DNA from: Candidatus Zambryskiibacteriota bacterium
Lineage (GTDB): Bacteria > Patescibacteriota > Minisyncoccia > Phycocordibacterales > WO2-35-19
Direction: 5' to 3'
DNA: 64,000 nt
Assembly (NCBI GenBank): GCA_048499675.1
Contig: JASNZL010000006.1
Span: 2,089 to 66,088, forward strand
Part shown: positions 17,460 to 26,459 of the stretch, one piece after another
Numbering within the stretch: the first letter of the stretch is position 1
Layout of the letters: each line of letters starts with the position of its first letter
The notes under the pieces: generated by a model
Told to the model about the DNA's origin: nothing
The model's database searches: none
The model's input: the letters and a program-made list of their open reading frames with translations, nothing else
Made by a program: the position numbers and the translations under genes

Positions 17460-18362
17460 CTAAAGTTTACACACCCTCCTCATCTCCTCCAAATCCGCTT
17501 CTGTAAGCTCCAAACCAACCTCGCTATTTCCTCCAGTCAGATAATACATTACTGCATTAGAATCATCTACATGGTCCAAACCTAAAGCGTGTCCAAATTC
17601 GTGAATCATAGCAATCATCAAATCCTTTTTTCCAGAAAATTGGTAAATATTTATTTCTTGCCCACTATACTCCGCTTGGTTGAATTCAAGCCCTTTGCCA
17701 TATTTTTTGTTATACAAATCTGCAACCTTATTGTAGTCTCTCGCTGCTTCATTTCTTATCTTTAATAAATCATTTATCTCTGTAACCATAATATTCAATG
17801 CGGATGCTTCTTTATTTAATCTTGTAGCTTCATTGTTCAAAAATACACTTTCATTTTGGAGCCTATTGTAGTCACTCTCTGGTGCACCACCTCTACTATT
17901 CCAATGGTTAACTTCTCTTTCATATTCCTTTTGCCTGTTTTCAAAAACTTTTATTTCTTGTTCATATCTATCTAATCTAATTTTATAGCCCACATTAGCG
18001 GTACTTAGTTTTTCATCAAACTTCCTAAGATTTTCTTCTACCGATGAAAGCCCGGATTCAGTTTTTTGCTTTTGAATAGTATCTATTTGTCTCTGGTCAA
18101 AAATTAAATTAACTTTGAAATCAGAGCTCTCATTGTAAACAAAAGTTTCCTTGCCTATGGCCCGATTCCACACTTCATGAGACTCTTCCAAATATTTTTT
18201 AAATTCTTCCCTAGAAATACCAAATTCTGTATCAAATCTACCTACCGCATATTCAATTGTTCCACTGCAAGGATTTTTATTATATTCATATAAACCATAG
18301 CCGATATAGCCAAGGGAAGCAAATATTATGATTGAAACAAGCAAATATTTAAATATTTTCAT
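17460..18362 (-). CDS. Matrixin (M10-like) zinc metalloprotease with coiled coil
   Basis: HEFGHALGLDH and Met-turn AVMY; N-terminal TM. Confidence 0.88.
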   Translation of the reverse strand: MKIFKYLLVSIIIFASLGYIGYGLYEYNKNPCSGTIEYAVGRFDTEFGISREEFKKYLEESHEVWNRAIGKETFVYNESSDFKVNLIFDQRQIDTIQKQKTESGLSSVEENLRKFDEKLSTANVGYKIRLDRYEQEIKVFENRQKEYEREVNHWNSRGGAPESDYNRLQNESVFLNNEATRLNKEASALNIMVTEINDLLKIRNEAARDYNKVADLYNKKYGKGLEFNQAEYSGQEINIYQFSGKKDLMIAMIHEFGHALGLDHVDDSNAVMYYLTGGNSEVGLELTEADLEEMRRVCKL

Positions 18363-18423
18363 ATATAAAATTTAACATAAACACCTCTTTCTATAAACAA
18401 AAAAAATATGATTATATAATGTT

Positions 18424-18654
18424 ATGTTTAAATTATTTAAAAGTAGAAATCTAAATATTGGTTATTTTGCAAAAAATATATCCATAGTTTTGGGGCTTGT
18501 TTTGATGTGGAGAGGTATTTGGTATGTTTTAGATGGAATAGATTATTGGCTTTTTGGAGGCAGTCATATTTATACAGGCATAGCCGGCGTAATAGTCGGG
18601 CTACTTGTTCTCTACATTCCAGACAAAGATTTAAAGGAGATATCGAAATTGTAA
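18424..18654 (+). CDS. Small two-TM membrane protein
   Basis: WRGIW..LD motif; leaderless start after TATAAT. Confidence 0.7.
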   Translation: MFKLFKSRNLNIGYFAKNISIVLGLVLMWRGIWYVLDGIDYWLFGGSHIYTGIAGVIVGLLVLYIPDKDLKEISKL

Positions 18655-18870
18655 GTTCGAAAGTTTGAAAGTTAAAAGGTTGAAAGTTTATAAAGTAATC
18701 CACTAATCACGCTAATACATGCGGATCATAACGAATAAGTATTAGTAAGATTGGCCCGCCTACAACGCTTGAAGTGTAGCGACTGCGGGCAGGTGAATAT
18801 TAGTAATTAGTGGGTAATTTGTTATATTTAATTACTACGAAAATTTTTTAGAAATAGACCAAAAAACACC

Positions 18871-19245
18871 TTAGGGTGTTTTTTGGTTGAGAGCTTCTAC
18901 AAGCAACTGTTGGTTTTTCTCAAAATCTTTAGAGTTTCCTTTGACATTTGAATTTGGATAAACCCAAATATGCGCATGCAGAACCTCGTCCCCTACAATC
19001 TTCGAAAGTACCCAATCGGTATCAAAAACTTTTCTTTGGGCTTCTGCAATTTTTCTTACCACTTCAAAATATTCTCCCACATTGGACACATCCCAAACCC
19101 ATCTATAATGTTTTTTGGGTATTACCTGACAATGTCCCGCCGACTGTGGATTTATATCCAAAAACACCAAAAAATTATCATCTTCATAAACTGTATAGGA
19201 AGGAATTTCTTTATTCACTATTTTGCAAAAAATACAATTAGCCAT
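18871..19245 (-). CDS. HIT family protein
   Basis: CIFCKIV, FLDINP..GH..VIPKKH, HAHIW. Confidence 0.9.
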   Translation of the reverse strand: MANCIFCKIVNKEIPSYTVYEDDNFLVFLDINPQSAGHCQVIPKKHYRWVWDVSNVGEYFEVVRKIAEAQRKVFDTDWVLSKIVGDEVLHAHIWVYPNSNVKGNSKDFEKNQQLLVEALNQKTP

Positions 19246-19253
19246 AATAAACT

Positions 19254-19727
19254 TTAAAAAGGTGGGTACCTATAATCGTATTCATTATTTATATTATTTA
19301 TTCTAGCACAACCAGAAAAACCATCATCCTCTCGATCAAAGGTCTCCATCTCTGCATATAAATAATATGTATTTCCGACTCTCCTATAAAAATAATCTTT
19401 TTCTGTATTGGCATACAGCGGGTCCTTTGATAATCCAGATGGTAGATACTGTGATATTGAATTATAAAATGATGTAGTGTAGGAAGGGTGAGAAATTTGT
19501 GTACACCATCCAGAACTCATAGGATAAGAATTGTTTGCAGAATAATACAGCTCTAGAGCATTTACCAGTTGTCTAATATCGACAATTCTTTTTGCATCTC
19601 TTGCTTTTGCTCTACTGTTATTAATTGAGACCATTATAATAGAAGACAAGACCCCGATAATTGCAATCACAACCAATAATTCTATTAAAGTAAACGCAGA
19701 CATTCTTTTTTTAGTAAAAGAGATCAT
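19254..19727 (-). CDS. Type IV pilin/pseudopilin-like protein
   Basis: AFTLIELLVVIAIIGVL; RAKARDAKR. Confidence 0.88.
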   Translation of the reverse strand: MISFTKKRMSAFTLIELLVVIAIIGVLSSIIMVSINNSRAKARDAKRIVDIRQLVNALELYYSANNSYPMSSGWCTQISHPSYTTSFYNSISQYLPSGLSKDPLYANTEKDYFYRRVGNTYYLYAEMETFDREDDGFSGCARINNINNEYDYRYPPF

Positions 19728-19746
19728 AAAATAATTATAAAAAAGA

Positions 19747-20460
19747 TTACATATTTAAATACCTCCTTCTTTCTTTATCTTCAAATTTCTCTATTGCATA
19801 TCTTAGAGTGGTTCTAGGTATTTGCCTTATATTTTCTTTCAAAAAAACCTTTAATTCTTTTTGACTAACGTTTTTGCCCACCTCCCTTAACATCCAACCC
19901 ATCGCCTTGTGAATCAAATCATGTTTATGATTAAAAAGTTTTTTGCAAATCACAAAAATATCTTTTGATTCACCTTTTTTTATAAAAGCATATGTAGAAA
20001 CAATAGCAATCCTTTGCTCCCACATATTTTTTGATGATATTAGTTTGTAAATAATTTTTCTGTCTTTTTTGTCGACTAGGTAACTGCCAAGTATTTGATA
20101 AGCAGAGGAATCTACCAAATCCCAATTATTGATATATTTTGTATTTTTTAGATAAAAATTAATTATTCTTTCTTTTTCAGATTCCCTATTTGTTTCTTGG
20201 AATTTTGAAACTAACACAAATAAGGCAATTAACCTTATTTCATGAATTTTATTTTTTAGAAGTGTGGAGACTTTTTTGATATTAATACTTTTGTGTTTTT
20301 TTGCAAATTTACTTAAATCTGGAACTGATATTCCTAAAAATATATCTCCTTCGCCATATTCCCCTTCGCCCGTTTTAAAATAACGAGCAAGGATTTTGGC
20401 TTTACTTGCGTTTCTTTGCTTTATTATTTCTTTCTCAATTTTATTGACAGTGATTTCCAT
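19747..20460 (-). CDS. DNA alkylation repair protein (AlkD-like)
   Basis: FKTGEGEYGEGDIFLGI, NNWDLVDSSA, HKAMGWMLREVGK, RTTLRYAIE. Confidence 0.9.
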   Translation of the reverse strand: MEITVNKIEKEIIKQRNASKAKILARYFKTGEGEYGEGDIFLGISVPDLSKFAKKHKSINIKKVSTLLKNKIHEIRLIALFVLVSKFQETNRESEKERIINFYLKNTKYINNWDLVDSSAYQILGSYLVDKKDRKIIYKLISSKNMWEQRIAIVSTYAFIKKGESKDIFVICKKLFNHKHDLIHKAMGWMLREVGKNVSQKELKVFLKENIRQIPRTTLRYAIEKFEDKERRRYLNM

Positions 20461-20462
20461 GA

Positions 20463-20900
20463 TTAATTTCTCACCAACTCTCCACCGCTTGCTTCCCACT
20501 CAATCACTCCGCCCAGATTTGTAACCTGCTCGTAACCCAAATCTTCTAAAATATTTTTTGCATTTCCTGCCCTTGCGCCAGATCTACAATAAACATAAAT
20601 GTCCTTATCCTTACTTATTTGTGTAAGTAGCGTCTCGTCTATACTTCCAAGAGGAATATTTATAGACCCTTCTATATGTCCTCCGTCCCACTCATAAGCC
20701 TCTCTTACATCTATAAGTACAATTTCTTTTTTTATAGCTTTGATTACAATTTCATCTTTATCCATTTGTTTTCCAAAATTATCACTGCTTATAACATTTG
20801 CTCCTGCACCACAAGATTCTCCAAAACATCTTGTGCTATATAAGGAGAACCCTATAATAATCAAAACAAAAACCAAACTAAATATTATACTTTTATTCAT
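20463..20900 (-). CDS. Rhodanese-like domain protein
   Basis: LIDVRE..EW..GHIEGSINIP, YCRSGARA, NLGG. Confidence 0.9.
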   Translation of the reverse strand: MNKSIIFSLVFVLIIIGFSLYSTRCFGESCGAGANVISSDNFGKQMDKDEIVIKAIKKEIVLIDVREAYEWDGGHIEGSINIPLGSIDETLLTQISKDKDIYVYCRSGARAGNAKNILEDLGYEQVTNLGGVIEWEASGGELVRN

Positions 20901-21166
20901 ATTTTTATTAATTCCTTAACCCTATCTTCCAAAAAAGAAAGATATAAAATAAGTTCATCGTTAGAAAGGGACAACTTTTTTCTTGCATTCTCAATTATTT
21001 TACCTCCTTCTATTGTATTTATAGCCAGACCACCCCCCTCCTCCAAAACCAAACTTTCTCTCGATTTTTGTTGCATAAGTCTAACATATTCACTTGCATC
21101 AAAAAAAGCATTTCCTTTTATTAAATCTTCGCGCGAATCTTCATTTTTGTTTATTCTATTTTCCAT
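20897..21166 (-). CDS. Hypothetical protein
   Basis: 89-aa ORF coupled to both neighbours. Confidence 0.55.
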   Translation of the reverse strand: MENRINKNEDSREDLIKGNAFFDASEYVRLMQQKSRESLVLEEGGGLAINTIEGGKIIENARKKLSLSNDELILYLSFLEDRVKELIKI

Positions 21167-21410
21167 ATCCTTCTTTTTCTAAAAGCTCCTTTTTCCTATT
21201 TCCACCTCTATTATATCCCCCTATTTTACCATCTGACCTTATTACTCTGTGGCAAGGTATTTTTGGATTATAGTTTTTATTTAGAATATTTCCAACTGCC
21301 CGACTAGCCTTTTCATTTCCAGACATTTTTGCAACCTGCTTGTATGTTAAAACCTTTCCTCTTTTAATTTTTGAAACAACACGGAACACTTTTTCTCGAA
21401 ATGAAACCAT
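21156..21410 (-). CDS. MGMT-family methylated-DNA-protein-cysteine methyltransferase (short form)
   Basis: RAVGNIL..N...IPCHRVI. Confidence 0.9.
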   Translation of the reverse strand: MVSFREKVFRVVSKIKRGKVLTYKQVAKMSGNEKASRAVGNILNKNYNPKIPCHRVIRSDGKIGGYNRGGNRKKELLEKEGYGK

Positions 21411-21589
21411 TATGAAAGAAATACAAATAGTTTATATACCAGAAAAATTGGCCACACTAGAGCTTTCAAAAAACCTAGTATACCAGCAGTAAATGTTGGG
21501 GCACCTAATACAAAATACACAAATGCCCCAATAAAACCAAGTCCATATAAAATACTACCGCTCCCTCCACCTTTTTGTTTATTTATCAT
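21410..21589 (-). CDS. Small membrane protein (59 aa, not in ORF track)
   Basis: Manual translation MINKQKGGGSGSIFYGLGFIGAFVYF...GFLKALVWPIFLVYKLF; TAATG coupling to next gene. Confidence 0.7.
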   Translation of the reverse strand: MINKQKGGGSGSILYGLGFIGAFVYFVLGAPTFTAGILGFLKALVWPIFLVYKLFVFLS

Positions 21590-21591
21590 AT

Positions 21592-21981
21592 TTATAAGTT
21601 AAGATAAGTAATTGTTATTTGTAAAATTGATGCAAAAGTAACCCAGAGTAAGTAAGGGATTTGAGCATAAAAAACAAAACTGGAATACTTTTTTATTACA
21701 ATCATTGCCCAAACAAGAGTAACCCAAACAAGAATTACATCGATCATGGCAAGAAAATTGTTTTGTAATCCAAACTGAAGAGGAGTAAATAAAAAGTTGA
21801 AAATCAAATTCAAAACAAAAGGTAGCGCGACTATTTTTGGAATTTTATTTTGAAATACAGAGATAAAAACTTTTCCAAAAGAAACTGTAATTATTATATA
21901 GAGTATTGTCCAAACAGGGCCAAAAAGAAAACTTGGTGGTGCCCATGTTGGTTTTATTAATTCTGTATACCATGTTTGCAT
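21592..21981 (-). CDS. tspO: TspO/MBR family protein
   Basis: WYTELIKPTWAPPSFLFGPVWTILY; PYLLWVTFA. Confidence 0.9.
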   Translation of the reverse strand: MQTWYTELIKPTWAPPSFLFGPVWTILYIIITVSFGKVFISVFQNKIPKIVALPFVLNLIFNFLFTPLQFGLQNNFLAMIDVILVWVTLVWAMIVIKKYSSFVFYAQIPYLLWVTFASILQITITYLNL

Positions 21982-22042
21982 ACCTACATTTTATCATTTT
22001 TATATAAAGAAAGAACCCACTCAGGGTTCTTAGATTTATCGA

Positions 22043-22288
22043 TTACCAAAGGATTTTTAATGCCTTGAGAATCTTCTTATCCTGAGGGTTAGGCTCGGGA
22101 ATAACTTCATCAATGAGATTTGAAGGAATTTCCTTCTCGAACGTCATTACTACACTTATGTCTTTAAGTATACCAAGGTTCAATTCCTGGGCGCCTTTTA
22201 ACAAAGCTTTGAAAGTTTCGGAATTTAACAATGCACAAACAACCTCTTCTTCCACTTTCATAATCAAAGACCTCTCGTCAGGTGACAT
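22043..22288 (-). CDS. Small hypothetical protein (probable paralog of 23537-23749)
   Basis: TTGACA-16-TATGAT promoter and AGGAG SD. Confidence 0.65.
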   Translation of the reverse strand: MSPDERSLIMKVEEEVVCALLNSETFKALLKGAQELNLGILKDISVVMTFEKEIPSNLIDEVIPEPNPQDKKILKALKILW

Positions 22289-22510
22289 TTTTTACTCCTA
22301 ACAAAATCATATATTTATTGATTCTTATGTCAAACAACCTAATAAAGAGTATTTGCTCCAAAGTAAACTCTGGACTCAAAGGAGTTCACCTCGCTCACTC
22401 TTTGATCCCGCTCTAGAGCAGTGGGGTATTCTTTCTTTTCTGCACTCCGTTCAAAAATGAAAAATTTCATTTTTCATTTTGTTCACTACGTTTGAAAATA
22501 AAAAATAGTA

Positions 22511-22924
22511 TCAAGAATTTTTAACTTCTTGAATTTGAGAGCAAAAAGCACACCTCCTTGCATCAAGAGGAATTTCACTCATACATTCTTTGCATTTTTT
22601 GGTTGTAGGATCAGCTGGTTTTTCTTTTCTAGACTTTGCCACCAAAACATTCATTGGTTTTATTATGAAGAAAAAAATAGCAGTTGCCACCAACAAAAAA
22701 GATATTGTCGCATTTAAGAATTTTCCGTAAGCAATAACACTCTCATTTATTGTAATAGAAAGCCCAGCAAAATCCGGCACTTTTGCTATAGCTCCAATAA
22801 TGGGAGTCAGAAGATCTGCCACTATTGAATTAACAACAGAGGTAAAAGCAGCGCCAATCACAACACCAACAGCCAAATCGACAACATTGCCTCTAAGTAA
22901 AAACTTTTTAAATTCTTGTAACAT
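22511..22924 (-). CDS. mscL: Large-conductance mechanosensitive channel with C-terminal zinc ribbon
   Basis: EFKKFLLRGNVVDLAVGVVIGAAF; CKEC...RCAFC. Confidence 0.95.
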   Translation of the reverse strand: MLQEFKKFLLRGNVVDLAVGVVIGAAFTSVVNSIVADLLTPIIGAIAKVPDFAGLSITINESVIAYGKFLNATISFLLVATAIFFFIIKPMNVLVAKSRKEKPADPTTKKCKECMSEIPLDARRCAFCSQIQEVKNS

Positions 22925-22943
22925 ATTTTTTGATTAATATTAA

Positions 22944-23471
22944 CTATCTAATTTTTAATTCTTTGCTCAAAACATTACCCTCAAATTCTACTTCAGCTTT
23001 AGTTATTTTTTGTAATTCATCAAAAGTAAAAATAGAGTCGAAACCTTCGTGAATATCTGGTGGAAAATTCTTTAAATTATCATTCATTCTATTTAGTACA
23101 AAATCTGGCACAACCCTTTCCCTGCTTTCATTTCTTGATTTTGCAATTTCAATAGGCACGTCAACGAAAACACCCTGCACTTTTTCCGTCCCAAAAAATC
23201 TTGCTTTACTTAAAAAGTTTTTCCTATCTTTTAAATTTGCCATTGTGGCATCAAAAACTACCACATTACCATTTCTTATTTCTCCTTCGAGTTTTTTGTA
23301 TACTTTTTGCCAAACTTCATTATTTTTTGATTGATCTGAAGCGTTGCCAGTCAATTCAAATCTAATATCATCTGGACAAATATATGAATAATTGTATTTA
23401 AGGGCAAAATCTTTTAACAAGGTTGTTTTGCCAGATCCGGGTATACCTATACCAACAATAACTTTTTTCAT
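22944..23471 (-). CDS. AAA_33/polynucleotide kinase-like P-loop protein
   Basis: GIPGSGKT, DDIR, VFDAT, RN..RER.VP. Confidence 0.85.
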   Translation of the reverse strand: MKKVIVGIGIPGSGKTTLLKDFALKYNYSYICPDDIRFELTGNASDQSKNNEVWQKVYKKLEGEIRNGNVVVFDATMANLKDRKNFLSKARFFGTEKVQGVFVDVPIEIAKSRNESRERVVPDFVLNRMNDNLKNFPPDIHEGFDSIFTFDELQKITKAEVEFEGNVLSKELKIR

Positions 23472-23536
23472 AACTCAATTTTACCACAAAAAATTAAAGG
23501 CCTCTCAAGACCTTTAATAAAGTACATGGGACACCA

Positions 23537-23749
23537 CTACTGCATTTGTGTGGGCCACTTTTTGTCGTAGGGGCACGGCCTTAATTTAGGCCGAAGTTCT
23601 GGTTGGGGGACTGCAGAGAGTTCTATAAAAACATTAACCCTCGCACTTTTTAATTGTTCGATAATCGTCTCGGCCTCAGGTGACTCACTAATGGCCGTGT
23701 TGATTACTTTTTTGAGTTCCAAAAGTAAACGTATTTTTTCTTCGTTCAT
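23537..23749 (-). CDS. Small hypothetical protein (probable paralog of 22043-22288)
   Basis: TTGACA-17-TACTCT promoter and GAGGAG SD. Confidence 0.65.
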   Translation of the reverse strand: MNEEKIRLLLELKKVINTAISESPEAETIIEQLKSARVNVFIELSAVPQPELRPKLRPCPYDKKWPTQMQ

Positions 23750-23856
23750 TGTGAATACTCCTCTGAATATAGAGTAAAGATTTAGACATAAGTTGTCAAA
23801 AATACAGTGTTACTAACAAAGTGACTTATTTGTCCAATTTTGCTATAATTAATAAA

Positions 23857-24025
23857 GGAGAGTGTAGAGCTTGACCAAACGGGTGCAGGTCAAAAACCAC
23901 CGGAGTGTTTCCGCGACCTACCAACACTCAAGGGTGGTTTGCTCCACTCTCCCAGTTCTTTGTTCGTCTGTTCTCCCCCTCCTTCTTCGGCTCGAGCCCT
24001 TTGTGACTCGAGCCATCTTTTTTTT
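23857..24025 (+). ncRNA. Candidate structured small RNA
   Basis: GTGACT-17-TATAAT promoter; GGAGAGTG/CACTCTCC closing stem; GGCTCGAG/CTCGAGCC-T run terminator. Confidence 0.5.
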
Positions 24026-24149
24026 ACAAAATCACCCGCATATTATGCGGGTGATTTCAAAAATACCATTTTTATTTACCTTTTACCGAACCTTTTTTTG
24101 GTTTCTTTTTTTCTTTTTTATGTCCATCTCCTTTGGCCATATATTTTGA

Positions 24150-24899
24150 TTAGTTATTAATTTTTTTACCAAAACCTTCAAGAGCTCGGAGTGCCTCTAT
24201 TGGCACTACATAAACAACGGTGTTGCTCTGATCAGATGACATATCATTTATAGACTGAAGAGTTCGGAGGTGCAGTGCTCCAGGAGCAGATGATAGCATT
24301 TCTGCGGCTCTTGCTATATTTTGTGAAGCGGCGAGCTCTCCTTCAGAATTAATTATTACCGCCCTCTTTTCTCTTTCTGCTTCTGCCTGCTTACCAATAG
24401 TTCTTTCTAATTCTGGCGGCAAACTTACATCTTTTAGTTCAACATTATTTACCACAAGCCCCCAAGCATCTGTTTCTTTATCCACAATCTCTCTTATCCT
24501 ATCTGCTATTTTATCCCTACTTGAAAGTAGTTCGTCGAGCGTAACTTCTCCAACGATATTTCTCATTGTCGTCTGAGCATATTGAGAAATAGCGTAACGA
24601 AAATCTTCAACTTCAATAATTGCTTTGGCCGGCTCATTTACTTTGTAATAAATAACAGCATTTACCCTAACTGAAACATTGTCTCGCGTGATTGCATTTT
24701 GATCTGGCACATCAACAGCTTTTGTTCTCACATCAACCTTTTGGTATGACTGAAAAATTGGAAAAACAAGTCTCCATCCCGGATTCATAACGCGACTATA
24801 TCTTCCAAGGGTAAATTTTATTCCCCTTTCGTATTGGTTAATTTGTTTGATACTTATGAGTATAAGCAAAATTGCAATTCCAGCTCCGATTTCGTACAT
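24150..24899 (-). CDS. SPFH/band 7 (stomatin-like) protein
   Basis: YERGIKFTLG, ITRDNVSVRVNAV, QAEAEREKRA, LRTLQ. Confidence 0.93.
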   Translation of the reverse strand: MYEIGAGIAILLILISIKQINQYERGIKFTLGRYSRVMNPGWRLVFPIFQSYQKVDVRTKAVDVPDQNAITRDNVSVRVNAVIYYKVNEPAKAIIEVEDFRYAISQYAQTTMRNIVGEVTLDELLSSRDKIADRIREIVDKETDAWGLVVNNVELKDVSLPPELERTIGKQAEAEREKRAVIINSEGELAASQNIARAAEMLSSAPGALHLRTLQSINDMSSDQSNTVVYVVPIEALRALEGFGKKINN

Positions 24900-25038
24900 A
24901 TTTTTTGATTAAATAAATAATATTTTTGTATAAAACTACTTAATTATAACTCTTTATTTTTATCAACAAAAGTCGTTGTAAACAGTTGTTTAAAATATGT
25001 TGTTGACGATTAATATCGATTTTGTTATAAAAATGTTT

Positions 25039-25146
25039 GGAGGGGGCAACAGAATTCATTTCTGCAACCTTGAGTCTCTTCCCTGCAAGTCAAGCGTGGG
25101 TGGCCTCTCGCGAGCCTAACCACACTTCGCTCAAGGGTCCCTCTCC
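25039..25146 (+). ncRNA. Candidate structured small RNA
   Basis: TTGACG-17-TATAAA promoter; GGAGGGGGC/GTCCCTCTCC and CCTTGAG/CTCAAGG stems; GC-rich in AT-rich gap. Confidence 0.55.
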
Positions 25147-25214
25147 GCCAGTTCTTTTTGTCCTTTTTTGAACAAGGGCACAAACAATATGTTTGAGCCC
25201 TTTTTCTATAACAT

Positions 25215-25850
25215 TTATTCCAAAAGACTTCTTAAAACTGGGTAGATTCTGTCGGCTATTATTTTATACCCTTCATCATTTGGGTGAATTGCGTCAGACA
25301 TATAATTTTGATTACCAATGAGTCCACTTAAAACATTTGAAACATAGGCCGTCTCGTATCTGTCTCTCAATTTTTCAAAATCAGATTTGAAATCGTCCCC
25401 TATTATCCCACCCTTTATACCAAGCAAAAGTACAATCGCTCCTCTCGCTTGGATATTTTCTATAATTTTTTCTAGATTAGCAAAGGTTTCTTCCTGTGGA
25501 ACTTTTCTTAAATAATCGTTTCCACCAAGCAAAAGTATTACAACTTTTGGATTATACTTATCGAGCTCATCTATCCTTTTTAGACCATCCTCTGTTGTAT
25601 ATCCAGAAATTCCAAGATTGATTATTGGTTTACCTATTTGACGCGATAAAATAGAAACAAAATTTTTGTCTCGGGAGGTTGCCCCCATTCCATAAACCAA
25701 ACTGTCTCCAATAGCAACAATCTGAGTACCCGAGGAAGGATAATTTCTAACGTCTATTTTGTTTCTGGATTTAAAAAACCAAAAGGAAAACAGAGCAATT
25801 AAGACAAATAAAACTGTTAGATATATTTTTTTGTTTTCAACCAAATTCAT
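25215..25850 (-). CDS. SGNH/GDSL arylesterase
   Basis: GDSL, GISG, LLGGND, DAIHPN. Confidence 0.92.
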   Translation of the reverse strand: MNLVENKKIYLTVLFVLIALFSFWFFKSRNKIDVRNYPSSGTQIVAIGDSLVYGMGATSRDKNFVSILSRQIGKPIINLGISGYTTEDGLKRIDELDKYNPKVVILLLGGNDYLRKVPQEETFANLEKIIENIQARGAIVLLLGIKGGIIGDDFKSDFEKLRDRYETAYVSNVLSGLIGNQNYMSDAIHPNDEGYKIIADRIYPVLRSLLE

Positions 25851-25865
25851 TTGGTTTTTTATAAT

Positions 25866-26276
25866 TTACAAATCACTATCCTGTGTTTCTAACTTTTCTT
25901 CTTGTTTTGGGTCTTTTTCTACCAAACAATTATCTATATAAGTTGCCCCATCCAACTCTATGAACGCACCATCTCCTTTGCTCCAAAAAACGAGCGACTC
26001 ATCACTGTTTGCAAAACGCACCCCCGAAGCAGACATTGTTCTTTGTAAGTAAGCTTTAAACCCTTCAAATTTTATATATACAAAATTTTCATAATAATCT
26101 ACTCTAACTTTTTGACCTTCTTCACAAACATATTTTGCCATTATCACTGGATCTCCAGTAACCGTTCTCGCCCCAAAAGGTCGCCCTACAAAAAATCCAA
26201 CAAAAAATACAACCAAAAACAAAATGATTGCAAAGATTTGAGAAACGCTTGTAACTTTATTCCATTCTATTTTCAT
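25866..26276 (-). CDS. MliC-family domain protein
   Basis: SASGVRFAN...FWSKGDGAF. Confidence 0.8.
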   Translation of the reverse strand: MKIEWNKVTSVSQIFAIILFLVVFFVGFFVGRPFGARTVTGDPVIMAKYVCEEGQKVRVDYYENFVYIKFEGFKAYLQRTMSASGVRFANSDESLVFWSKGDGAFIELDGATYIDNCLVEKDPKQEEKLETQDSDL

Positions 26277-26459
26277 ATATTTATATTAACTATTACTTCA
26301 TTAAGATTAACAATTATTAAAACAAAACAAAACTTTTTATGTAGACTGACTCTCTGGTTGCACAAAATCCAATTTCTTTTACAAAAACCTTTAACCTCCA
26401 ACTTCTTAGCTCTTAGCTTTCCCAAAAGCTCCAAGCTTCTACCTCTAACCTTTCCCCCC

